Positions 52,668 to 64,000 of a DNA stretch of 64,000 nucleotides are shown in pieces. The stretch spans positions 59,753 through 123,752 of the forward strand of contig CDRNVI010000074.1 of assembly GCA_977017575.1 (NCBI GenBank). The letters run 5' to 3'. Below the pieces are notes generated by a model, which searched no databases, was not told the DNA's origin, and saw only the letters and a list, made by a program, of their open reading frames with translations. Numbering within the stretch: position 1 is the stretch's first letter; each line of letters begins with the position of its first letter. Position numbers and translations under genes: made by a program. The DNA comes from Paramoeba atlantica. Lineage: Eukaryota; Protista; Discosea.

Positions 52668-53913
52668 TACGGAACGTAAAAAATAGGTAGCCTCAATTGT
52701 GGTCCCGGTGAGGCCCCGGAGTTGCGAGAAGCCTCCATACCCCACAACTACCACCTTCCCCCCCTATTTAGCGGGGGTCGCGCAAGCGACCCCTGATAAA
52801 TGGGGGGAAGGTGGTAGTTGTTTTGGGGGAAATGAGAGGCCGAACGCACGGAGGGGCCGGCCGGGCCATTGAGTCACGTCAAAGTGTGACGCTGAGTTCG
52901 TGGGAAGCAATTTGCGAAGCCCTAGGTGATGCTCAGTTGTATTGGGCGACACCGAGACAAACCACGGAAATCCCAGATACGACAAGGTCTAGATATCATA
53001 AAGAGAGAAAAAACCGGAGCTGTAGACGCGAAAAAGAATGACAGAGATATAACAATGCGATATGCGACCGATGAGTTGAGTCGATGCGTGTGCTGACTCT
53101 ACCTTCCACCGTCATTCACAGAAAATTAACAAAAAATGTATTATGACAGATAAGGGTGCAGTATGACAGATAAGGGTGCGGCTTATATGACAGATAAGGG
53201 TGCAGTATGACAGATAAGGGTGCATTATGACAGATAAGGGTGCAGTATGACAGATAAGGGTGCATTATGACAGATAAGGGTGCGAGTTTCTATGACAGAT
53301 AAGGGTGCGGGTGCCCCGGCTTCGAATACGCGGAACGCTTCTGACCACACCTTTGTCTGCGGGGGAAAACCTCCGAATGCGTGGGTCGATCAGTAAACGG
53401 AAATCTTCCTTAGATGGGAGCTTACGTGTGTTAGGCTATCTGTTCGATACACCGCAGCAGCAAGGTGACACCTCTCGATGCCAGAGGATTCCGCTTCCTT
53501 GGTATGCAGACGTTACATCCATCCCACCACCTGCTCCAGTAGCGTGGCACCGCACTTCCTGACGGGGAGTATGGGGATGTAAAGGCACCTATGCCATATC
53601 GATACTCCACAGAGTATCGACCGTTCAGCGACCAGGCACTTTCCTCCAAGTTTCCCTGCTTTCTCAGGGGAGGCGACATCATTGAACAAGGGTAACCGCC
53701 TGTTTTACATACATTCATACATACAAAGGCATCTATGCGCCCTGTATTATAAAGCCGTACGTAAAAATCACAGCGTCCCGAGGACTCAATGCCGATTCGA
53801 AACGCAACTAGGCCCTTGAGGTGAGAGAGGCAAAGACGACACTGAAGAAAATCTCGTGAAACGTCGTGAAAGGTCGTCGAAACCTCACCACCTGATTCCT
53901 CTTGCATTTAAAA

Positions 53914-54032
53914 AGAGTACAACACTCAGGGTTCCCGAGCGATCGCTCACCTCAGTACTAACTGAGCCTGACGGTGCTTAACTTCACAAAGCGAACGGGA
54001 TGTGGTGTTTTCACCGTAGTATGGTCGTACCC
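53914..54032 (-). rRNA. 5S rRNA
   Basis: Array copy. Confidence 0.97.
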
Positions 54033-54421
54033 GGCGTAACTTGTGAAATCCCCACTATGAAAGAAATATTTTCCACGACAATCTGCCTCATCCTGAGTGT
54101 CCCACAGAGGCGCTACTCACCATGTTTACGCTATCGCAGTGGCTTCCGGGGTTTTTATCATTCGAAAAGGTCACACGGGCTGAGGATCGAACCTCCGTGC
54201 AAGTGTTTTGACATTCAGCACATGGCTACAGTTTGCCACGTGTTGCGAAAATTGACGGGGCGGGAATCGAACCAGGAGTTTGGTTCGTCAGTCTCAGAAA
54301 AGCACGCCCTGCCACTAGACAAGTTTCCAGGTTGCATTTTGGGCTAAGACTCGTGGAACAACAAGTTCATCAGTTTGACAAAAGCGAACAATGAGCTCTG
54401 GTGGTTGGTAAAGCCCTTGTT

Positions 54422-54527
54422 AACTTTAACGATAAAGATACAGTTTCTGTACCTTGTTGGTATGAGAAGCTTCGAACTCTAAGTTCGCTTGAAGGCCCCG
54501 GTTCCCGAGAAGGGAACTGGGGCTTAT
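54422..54527 (+). ncRNA. Spliced-leader RNA
   Basis: Array copy. Confidence 0.92.
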
Positions 54528-54796
54528 TTGCGTTACAATAACTCTGTCACCAGGCAGTCTGACTCGCAAAATCGGACTCCACCGATAAATAGGCAGGATG
54601 GCATGTTCATTAACGTCTGAAAATCTGCGGCACCGCAATTTAAATCTGCACCCATCCTAACACATCACACAATATATCAACCAATCTTCTCGGTCATCCG
54701 CAATCCCGGTCAATGCCTCCTACAAAGATCTCAACGACACCTATAATCAGGCCAGCAATCGTGGAAAATTTGTGCAAATCCAATATATGCATGAAC

Positions 54797-57700
54797 CTTG
54801 TTGATTAAATAGGGGAATACCCCAAATGAAACCATGTCGTCGTAAGCACAAGCGAGGAGGCAGAAGCCGGAAACGTCGAAAAGAGCGAGCTACCTTCTAC
54901 GGCCGACAACGAAAGAGTCGTCGAAGGAATACAAACAATAGAGCTCCCATAAAATCCAAAAGTCCGCGTACCGATGATCCCGCGACTACCGAAACTGAGA
55001 AAATATCACAGACCCCTGACAAGATTACGAGGCAAAGCAGAATCACCGTACACAAACGGCAAGCGCCAGCCAAAAAGAATGCACTTAAGAAAACATCGAT
55101 CCGTCGTAAAAAAGGAAGAAAAGGTACTAGTCGAGCCGCCAGCCGACCAAGGAAAAAGAGTCGACCTCGAGGATTCACCGCCGGAACATATAACGTGAGG
55201 ACATGGAATGCAAAGCAACGTGACCCACAGGGAACCTGGATGGAGGGAGCTATATCAACCATTCGTATGGCGTCAATCGCTGGAATCGACCTCCTAGCCG
55301 TCCAGGAGTGCCGAATACCAGGAGTCGACAAAGTCGAAATCCCAGTTCAAAAAGGTGAAACATGGACGCTCATACACAGCGGTTGCAAGACTGGGAAACT
55401 CCAGAGAGGAGTTGGTTTCTTACTTAGTCCTAAGGCAAGTAAGGCGCTGATAAGCTTTGAAGGCGTATCAGATAGAATATTAACTGCAAGCTTTAAAATT
55501 GCCAACACCCGCAACATGTATGCAATCTCCGCATATGCGCCCACTGAAGATTCCCTATCCTGCGAAAAGAACGGTTTCTACGCAGATCTGGAGGACGCCA
55601 TGGCCAATAGACCCAACCAAGAAATTCCCCACATTTTCGGGGACTTCAACGCAGTAATAAAGAGCACCCCGCTACTGTTTCCCAACGTCGGATCAAACGC
55701 AACAGGAATCAAGACAAGTGACAACGGCCGCAGATTGGCCGAATTCTCAAAGATACATAGACTCATTTTGTCTAACACCTCACTGGAGCAGTCAAACGAA
55801 AATAGTCTCGGAGACCAAGCTTGGACCTGGAGACACCCTGCAGGGCTGACTCAGAACCAAATAGACTATATCTTAATACCTCTACATGTTCTAGGAGAAA
55901 ACACAACAGTAATTTCGGAATTACCGTATGAGAGTGACCATCGCATAGTGTGTACAACACTGAGCTATCGACCGTCAACAAAGAAAAAGAACTCCCGCAC
56001 TATAAATTGCATTGAACCACTGCGCGCAAACCCCTCAAAGCAGCAATTGTACCAGGAGCTAATGGGCGTAAAATTACAGCATCACTCACTGAGTGAGGAT
56101 ATAGAATCAGAATGGAGTGACCTAAAAATCGCTCTCTTAGAAACATCCAAGCAAGCATGCGCTAACACTTGTATCCAAACCAACCTCCCATGGATGAATG
56201 ACGAACTCTTACGAAAGATAGCAGAAAAACAAGACTCTCTATTGCGATACAAGTCGCATCATTCAACTTCTAAGGAAAAAGAGAAGGCACACCTTAATTA
56301 TCGCTGCAAACGTCGAATAGCCTTTCGTTCTTTCAGGTTAGCAAAGCGTACCTACTTCGCCCAAAAGGTAAAGCAGATTGAGACTGTCAGGGCTGAGGGA
56401 AATCACCACAAGCTATTTAAACTAACAAAAGAATTGACAAAACTAACCTACCCACCAAATAACGATAAACCTGCAATTCGAAACAAAGATGAAATGGTCT
56501 CTGACCCAGAGGCCAAAGCGCAAGCACTGGCCACTTCCTTTTCTAGGATATTTAACACACCAAACCCCCTATTTAATTTATCCAGAGTACAACAAGACCT
56601 AGAAGAACTAAAGTACCCTGCCATAGAGGACGATGTCCTTCGCATGGAAAAAGAAGAAAATAGTTATCCTCCAAACGAACTGGAAGTAGAACGCGCACTG
56701 TCTACACTAAAAAATAGGAAAGCACAAGGCCCAGACGGAATTTTCCCCGAACATCTCAAATATGCAGGAAAAGCCGCAATTATTTGGATGACATGGATAT
56801 TGAAACTTTGCTGGCAAAACTCCAAGGTTCCCAAAGAGTGGACGCACTCCCACATCATACCAATCTACAAAGGCGCAGCAAAAGGCAAAGCCTGCGATCC
56901 CGGATCCTACCGCCCAATTTCAATAATGAGCCCTGCAGCGAAAGCCCTATCTGGCATACTCACACATCGTATTGCAGCGCGCGTCGATGCTAGACTTCTA
57001 GAAGCCCAAAATGGCTTCCGACATAATAGAGGTATAGACGATGCGATCTTCATACTCAGAAGAATCACGGAGGAAGTCAGGAGACACAAATCACCGTTAT
57101 ATCTTGCCTACCTGGATCTCGAGAAGGCTTATGATACCTTACCACGAGAGGCAGTCTGGGCCACCCTTCAGAGTTTGAAAATTGAAGGACCATTATTGGA
57201 ACTAATTCGCGCACTATATAACACAACAACTGCAAGCGTCATGTTAAACGACGGCACGAAGAGTGAAAGCTTCGAAATACCTGGCGGCTTAAAACAAGGC
57301 TGTCCAATGAGCTGCCTGCTATTCAAGGGTTATGATCATACGCTCGTGGCGCAGAGATGCGTCTCTCTGTGTGACGGCCGATACCATCGGCGCATGACCC
57401 GCATACGACGGGTGTCACACAGAGAGTGGAGTGCGAGGTAGGAGACGAGACGCCCATCGGTCATGCTACAGCACGTATAGCCATGGTTCATGCTGCAACA
57501 CGATCAAGCCGTGGGTTCATGCTGTCAGATGGTCTATCGTGGATCATGATGCATCATGGGGAGGTCCGTTACCGCCGCACTCGCTACAGCATGTAGGGAG
57601 AGAGGGGTGCAAGTTCGCATCCCCTATACACTCATACAACGTGTCCTCCCGCTGTAGCACGCCCAGTGGTCCTCAAGGGAGGCCACCATGGCGCATAGCT

Positions 57701-59529
57701 CCCGGGAGAAGAAAGCACGAGAAGGAGAGAGCCGGGGAGGGAAGAAAGCTCACTCGAAGAGAGCGAGCCGGGGAGGGGTGAAGAGTGCGAAGTGCGTCCC
57801 CTACTTCCGCGACAAAGAGGGACAGTTTCAGCTAGCCGTCAGCCGGAAACGGGCATTTAAAAGTAAGAATACGCCCGTTTCCGGGAAAAGAAAGGAAGGG
57901 CTAGCAAAATGTACCAACAAGGTACAGAAAACAACATTTGATGCTGTACTCCGGAAAGCACTACAGATTAAAACTGCAGGCATCCGTGTCGAATGGAGGA
58001 TCCCAAAAGGAAGAGCTCAACGAGGCGATAAAGTAACCGGTACAGATGTTTTCGGACTCATAGCGTATGCGGATGACCTTGTTCTTTGGTCGGACGAACA
58101 AACGGAACTGCAAAATACCTTAAACGCAGTAGTAGGGGTTATGAACCGATGGGGAATAAGGATAAACACAAGGAAAACTAAAACACAGGTAATTCAACCT
58201 TGCAAAGCAGAAAAGTATTACACATCCGAGATAAAAGCACAAGAAGAAACTATTGAACAAGTACGGAACTTCTCATACCTTGGAACAGTCATCAGTGAAG
58301 ATGCTTCATTGGAAGAAGAAATAGAAAACAGAATAAGAAGAGCTTGCGCAGGTATGAGAAAATTTAGAGACTTGTGGAAAGACAAGGCTATCACAAGGAA
58401 AACGAAAAGACTCATCCTGGAAGTCTGTATAGTACCAATTCTACTATATGCGAGCTCAACGTGGGCGCTTACACCAACCCAGCATCTGAAACTCAACCGC
58501 GCCTATATAAGATACATCAAAACATCTTTCGGCATACCATGGGTCAAGAACGACAATAGCGCCTACAATGATAAACAGCACCAAGAATCTGCGAAGGATG
58601 CAATAAGATATACCTCCCAGAAGGAATGCCTATCGATCGCAGGAATGGACCCACTCCAGCCACAAATAGATGCCCGAAGTTTACTGTTTGCTGGACACGT
58701 CGCAAGAATGGGTCCAGATAGATTCCCGAACAGAGTGTTATTCGGCAAATATCGATCAACTCAAAATAGAGGAAATACATATAAACGAAGCCTGCCATGC
58801 TATAGTAGAAGCCTTGTAGCTGCACTGGAAAGAGTTGGGATAACAACAGATTGCTCATGGAAACTGAAAGCCCAGAATAAAAAAAGTTGGATAAAGATAA
58901 TAGATGAATATAGAAAGAGCACGAAAACCCAAACGTTAAACAAAGGTAATAAAAAATCATTCTCAAGGAACTAAAACTGTGTGAACGCTAGACCCTGTAA
59001 TGGATAGGCCTGAAATGCACCCTGAAGATGAGCCCCTAAGGGGAACTTCATACCGCTTTTCGGGTTGGGTACCGCTCATCTGCGGCTTGCAACTGACCCA
59101 TTAAAACGGGGTTAGGGTCAGAATTCGGAGAGATAGGAGCTCTTTGAAGCCGAAGTTTAGCCCGTTGAAGCTGAGGAGCCAAGGCCACTCGGGGGTATAA
59201 CACCCTAGAAGACTTGGTCCATTGAAGCTGAGGAGTCTAAACTGTTGAAGCTGAGACTCAACGCTCCCGAACTATGCCAGCAAGCAGTAGTGGGCGGCTA
59301 CTCCGGGGGAGGCCACTCTCGGTCCTGCGGAACATACTTATGTAGTCCTTGGATTTGCATGCTGTCCTTGGATTTGAATGTCTCAACCTGAAAGGGTTAA
59401 GATAGTTCAGCGGACAAGGTGGATGAAAATCCACCTTTGAGTGATAGCCTCCCCCAAAGCTACCTCGGCTTACTCCGGGGAGGCAACATCCCCAATGGGA
59501 TAGAAAGCCTAACAACATTCACATTCAAC
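54797..59529 (+). mobile_element. RTE-like APE-RT retrotransposon, copy 2 (intact apart from the 603-bp insert)
   Basis: TSD at 54785-54796 and 59530-59541; ORF halves 54826-57324 and 57928-58974 share one frame. Confidence 0.93.
57325..57927. other. 603-bp structured insertion (X2) splitting RT copy 2
   Basis: Appears identical to 50031-50633. Confidence 0.85.
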
Positions 59530-59857
59530 ATATGCATGAACACCCTCACGGGTGGACCTTGTTTATCATACGCTCATTGGCGCAGAGATATTCCCCTTAA
59601 TGCGACGGTCGATATCATCGGCACATGATCCGCCCACAACGGATGTCGCACCAAGGGGCATTTGGAACGATAACACGAGGCAGAGTCACGCACAGCGGTA
59701 CTCAAGGGGAAGTCTCAAGGGAAAAAAGCTCACTCAAAGAGTGAGCCGGGGAGGGGTAATGGGAAGCGCGTCCCCTGCTTCACCGAAGAAAGAGGGGCAG
59801 TTTCGCCCTTACTGCCGGCCGGCAACGGGCATGTAACAGTAAGACTCTTCCCGGTGC

Positions 59858-59979
<122 letters not shown>

Positions 59980-61225
59980 TACGGAACGTAAAAAATAGGT
60001 AGCCTCAATTGTGGTCCCGGTGAGGCCCCGGAGTTGCGAGAAGCCTCCATACCCCACAACTACCACCTTCCCCCCCTATTTAGCGGGGGTCGCGCAAGCG
60101 ACCCCTGATAAATGGGGGGAAGGTGGTAGTTGTTTTGGGGGAAATGAGAGGCCGAACGCACGGAGGGGCCGGCCGGGCCATTGAGTCACGTCAAAGTGTG
60201 ACGCTGAGTTCGTGGGAAGCAATTTGCGAAGCCCTAGGTGATGCTCAGTTGTATTGGGCGACACCGAGACAAACCACGGAAATCCCAGATACGACAAGGT
60301 CTAGATATCATAAAGAGAGAAAAAACCGGAGCTGTAGACGCGAAAAAGAATGACAGAGATATAACAATGCGATATGCGACCGATGAGTTGAGTCGATGCG
60401 TGTGCTGACTCTACCTTCCACCGTCATTCACAGAAAATTAACAAAAAATGTATTATGACAGATAAGGGTGCAGTATGACAGATAAGGGTGCGGCTTATAT
60501 GACAGATAAGGGTGCAGTATGACAGATAAGGGTGCATTATGACAGATAAGGGTGCAGTATGACAGATAAGGGTGCATTATGACAGATAAGGGTGCGAGTT
60601 TCTATGACAGATAAGGGTGCGGGTGCCCCGGCTTCGAATACGCGGAACGCTTCTGACCACACCTTTGTCTGCGGGGGAAAACCTCCGAATGCGTGGGTCG
60701 ATCAGTAAACGGAAATCTTCCTTAGATGGGAGCTTACGTGTGTTAGGCTATCTGTTCGATACACCGCAGCAGCAAGGTGACACCTCTCGATGCCAGAGGA
60801 TTCCGCTTCCTTGGTATGCAGACGTTACATCCATCCCACCACCTGCTCCAGTAGCGTGGCACCGCACTTCCTGACGGGGAGTATGGGGATGTAAAGGCAC
60901 CTATGCCATATCGATACTCCACAGAGTATCGACCGTTCAGCGACCAGGCACTTTCCTCCAAGTTTCCCTGCTTTCTCAGGGGAGGCGACATCATTGAACA
61001 AGGGTAACCGCCTGTTTTACATACATTCATACATACAAAGGCATCTATGCGCCCTGTATTATAAAGCCGTACGTAAAAATCACAGCGTCCCGAGGACTCA
61101 ATGCCGATTCGAAACGCAACTAGGCCCTTGAGGTGAGAGAGGCAAAGACGACACTGAAGAAAATCTCGTGAAACGTCGTGAAAGGTCGTCGAAACCTCAC
61201 CACCTGATTCCTCTTGCATTTAAAA

Positions 61226-61344
61226 AGAGTACAACACTCAGGGTTCCCGAGCGATCGCTCACCTCAGTACTAACTGAGCCTGACGATGCTTAACTTCACA
61301 AAGCGAACGGGATGTGGTGTTTTCACCGTAGTATGGTCGTACCC
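61226..61344 (-). rRNA. 5S rRNA (single-substitution variant, gacgAtgc versus gacgGtgc on +)
   Basis: Array copy. Confidence 0.96.
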
Positions 61345-61733
61345 GGCGTAACTTGTGAAATCCCCACTATGAAAGAAATATTTTCCACGACAATCTGCCT
61401 CATCCTGAGTGTCCCACAGAGGCGCTACTCACCATGTTTACGCTATCGCAGTGGCTTCCGGGGTTTTTATCATTCGAAAAGGTCACACGGGCTGAGGATC
61501 GAACCTCCGTGCAAGTGTTTTGACATTCAGCACATGGCTACAGTTTGCCACGTGTTGCGAAAATTGACGGGGCGGGAATCGAACCAGGAGTTTGGTTCGT
61601 CAGTCTCAGAAAAGCACGCCCTGCCACTAGACAAGTTTCCAGGTTGCATTTTGGGCTAAGACTCGTGGAACAACAAGTTCATCAGTTTGACAAAAGCGAA
61701 CAATGAGCTCTGGTGGTTGGTAAAGCCCTTGTT

Positions 61734-61839
61734 AACTTTAACGATAAAGATACAGTTTCTGTACCTTGTTGGTATGAGAAGCTTCGAACTCTAAGTTCGC
61801 TTGAAGGCCCCGGTTCCCGAGAAGGGAACTGGGGCTTAT
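61734..61839 (+). ncRNA. Spliced-leader RNA
   Basis: Array copy, followed by an empty LINE site at 62097-62108. Confidence 0.92.
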
Positions 61840-62424
61840 TTGCGTTACAATAACTCTGTCACCAGGCAGTCTGACTCGCAAAATCGGACTCCACCGATAA
61901 ATAGGCAGGATGGCATGTTCATTAACGTCTGAAAATCTGCGGCACCGCAATTTAAATCTGCACCCATCCTAACACATCACACAATATATCAACCAATCTT
62001 CTCGGTCATCCGCAATCCCGGTCAATGCCTCCTACAAAGATCTCAACGACACCTATAATCAGGCCAGCAATCGTGGAAAATTTGTGCAAATCCAATATAT
62101 GCATGAACACCCTCACGGGTGGACCTTGTTTATCATACGCTCATTGGCGCAGAGATATTCCCCTTAATGCGACGGTCGATATCATCGGCACATGATCCGC
62201 CCACAACGGATGTCGCACCAAGGGGCATTTGGAACGATAACACGAGGCAGAGTCACGCACAGCGGTACTCAAGGGGAAGTCTCAAGGGAAAAAAGCTCAC
62301 TCAAAGAGTGAGCCGGGGAGGGGTAATGGGAAGCGCGTCCCCTGCTTCACCGAAGAAAGAGGGGCAGTTTCGCCCTTACTGCCGGCCGGCAACGGGCATG
62401 TAACAGTAAGACTCTTCCCGGTGC

Positions 62425-62486
<62 letters not shown>

Positions 62487-63757
62487 TACGGAACGTAAAA
62501 AATAGGTAGCCTCAATTGTGGTCCCGGTGAGGCCCCGGAGTTGCGAGAAGCCTCCATACCCCACAACTACCACCTTCCCCCCCTATTTAGCGGGGGTCGC
62601 GCAAGCGACCTCTGATAAATGGGGGGAAGGTGGTAGTTGTTTTGGGGGAAATGAGAGGCCGAACGCACGGAGGGGCCGGCCGGGCCATTGAGTCACGTCA
62701 AAGTGTGACGCTGAGTTCGTGGGAAGCAATTTGCGAAGCCCTAGGTGATGCTCAGTTGTATTGGGCGACACCGAGACAAACCACGGAAATCCCAGATACG
62801 ACAAGGTCTAGATATCATAAAGAGAGAAAAAACCGGAGCTGTAGACGCGAAAAAGAATGACAGAGATATAACAATGCGATATGCGACCGATGAGTTGAGT
62901 CGATGCGTGTGCTGACTCTACCTTCCACCGTCATTCACAGAAAATTAACAAAAAATGTATTATGACAGATAAGGGTGCAGTATGACAGATAAGGGTGCGG
63001 CTTATATGACAGATAAGGGTGCAGTATGACAGATAAGGGTGCATTATGACAGATAAGGGTGCAGTATGACAGATAAGGGTGCAGTATGACAGATAAGGGT
63101 GCAGTATGACAGATAAGGGTGCGAGTTTCTATGACAGATAAGGGTGCGGGTGCCCCGGCTTCGAATACGCGGAACGCTTCTGACCACACCTTTGTCTGCG
63201 GGGAAAACCTCCGAATGCGTTGTGGGTCGATCAGTAAACGGAAAATCTTCCTTAGATGGGAGCTTACGTGTGTTAGGCTATCTGTTCGATACACCGCAGC
63301 AGCAAGGTGACACCTCTCGATGCCAGAGGATTCCGCTTCCTTGGTTTGCAGACGTTACATCCATCCCACCACCTGCTCCAGTAGCGTGGCACCGCACTTC
63401 CTGACGGGGAGTATGGGGATGTAAAGGCACCTATGCCATATCGATACTCCACAGAGTATCGACCGTTCAGCGACCAGGCACTTTTCCTCCAAGTTTCCCT
63501 GCTTTCTCAGGGGAGGCGACATCATTGAACAAGGGTAACCGCCTGTTTTACATACATTCATACATACAAAAGGCATCTATGCGCCCTGTATTATAAAGCC
63601 GTACGTAAAAATCACAGCGTCCCGAGGACTCAATGCCGATTCGAAACGCAACTAGGCCCTTGAGGTGAGAGAGGCAAAGACGACACTGAAGAAAATCTCG
63701 TGAAACGTCGTGAAAGGTCGTCGAAACCTCACCACCTGATTCCTCTTGCATTTAAAA

Positions 63758-63872
63758 AGAGTACAACACTCAGGGTCCCGAGCGATCGCTCACCTCAGTA
63801 CTAACTGAGCCTGACGATGCTTACTTCACAAAGCGAACGGGATGTGGTGTTTCACCGTAGTATGGTCGTACC
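63758..63872 (-). rRNA. 5S rRNA with several single-base deletions, likely low-quality sequence
   Basis: Same gene; homopolymer indels are scattered through this last unit. Confidence 0.85.
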
Positions 63873-64000
63873 GGCGTAACTTGTGAAATCCCCACTATGA
63901 AAGAAATATTTTCCACGACAATCTGCCTCATCCTGAGTGTCCCACAGAGGCGCTACTCACCATGTTACGCTATCGCAGTGGCTTCCGGGGTTTTTATCAT

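Noticed and set aside
63140-64000. Divergent fifth unit or 5S pseudogene
   Set aside because: Differences are scattered single-base homopolymer indels, typical of low-coverage long-read consensus

Overview
Eukaryotic DNA, most likely from a kinetoplastid (Euglenozoa). Evidence: intron-less housekeeping genes all on the + strand, a kinetoplastid-type 5S rRNA and a spliced-leader (SL) RNA gene. About 1-38 kb is a directional gene cluster: DEAD-box helicase, otubain, MSH4, RPA1, an LRR protein, ATR kinase, a beta-lactamase-fold protein and an RBX1-like protein. It is interrupted by a CRE/SLACS-like retrotransposon, a fragment of it, a pogo-like remnant and two Tc1/mariner elements. A 5'-truncated HERO-like retroelement at about 40.4-42.3 kb abuts a tandem array running from 42.6 kb to the window end. 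Each array unit holds a 20-bp minisatellite, 5S rRNA (-), tRNA-like A/B boxes (-), SL RNA (+), a structured ~300-nt element ('X') and (GA)n. Two of the four fully visible units carry a 4.7-kb APE-RT (RTE-like) LINE at the same site, with a 12-bp target-site duplication. The most striking observations concern SL sequence inside mobile DNA. (i) The LINE begins with the last nucleotides of the SL exon. (ii) Its RT is split by a 603-bp structured insert that is homologous, with covarying stems, to element X and ends in 19 nt antisense to the SL splice donor; exact removal restores a 1181-aa ORF. (iii) The CRE-like element is preceded by SL nt 4-21 although it lies outside the array. All assignments come from motif reading by eye; no database search or folding program was run.
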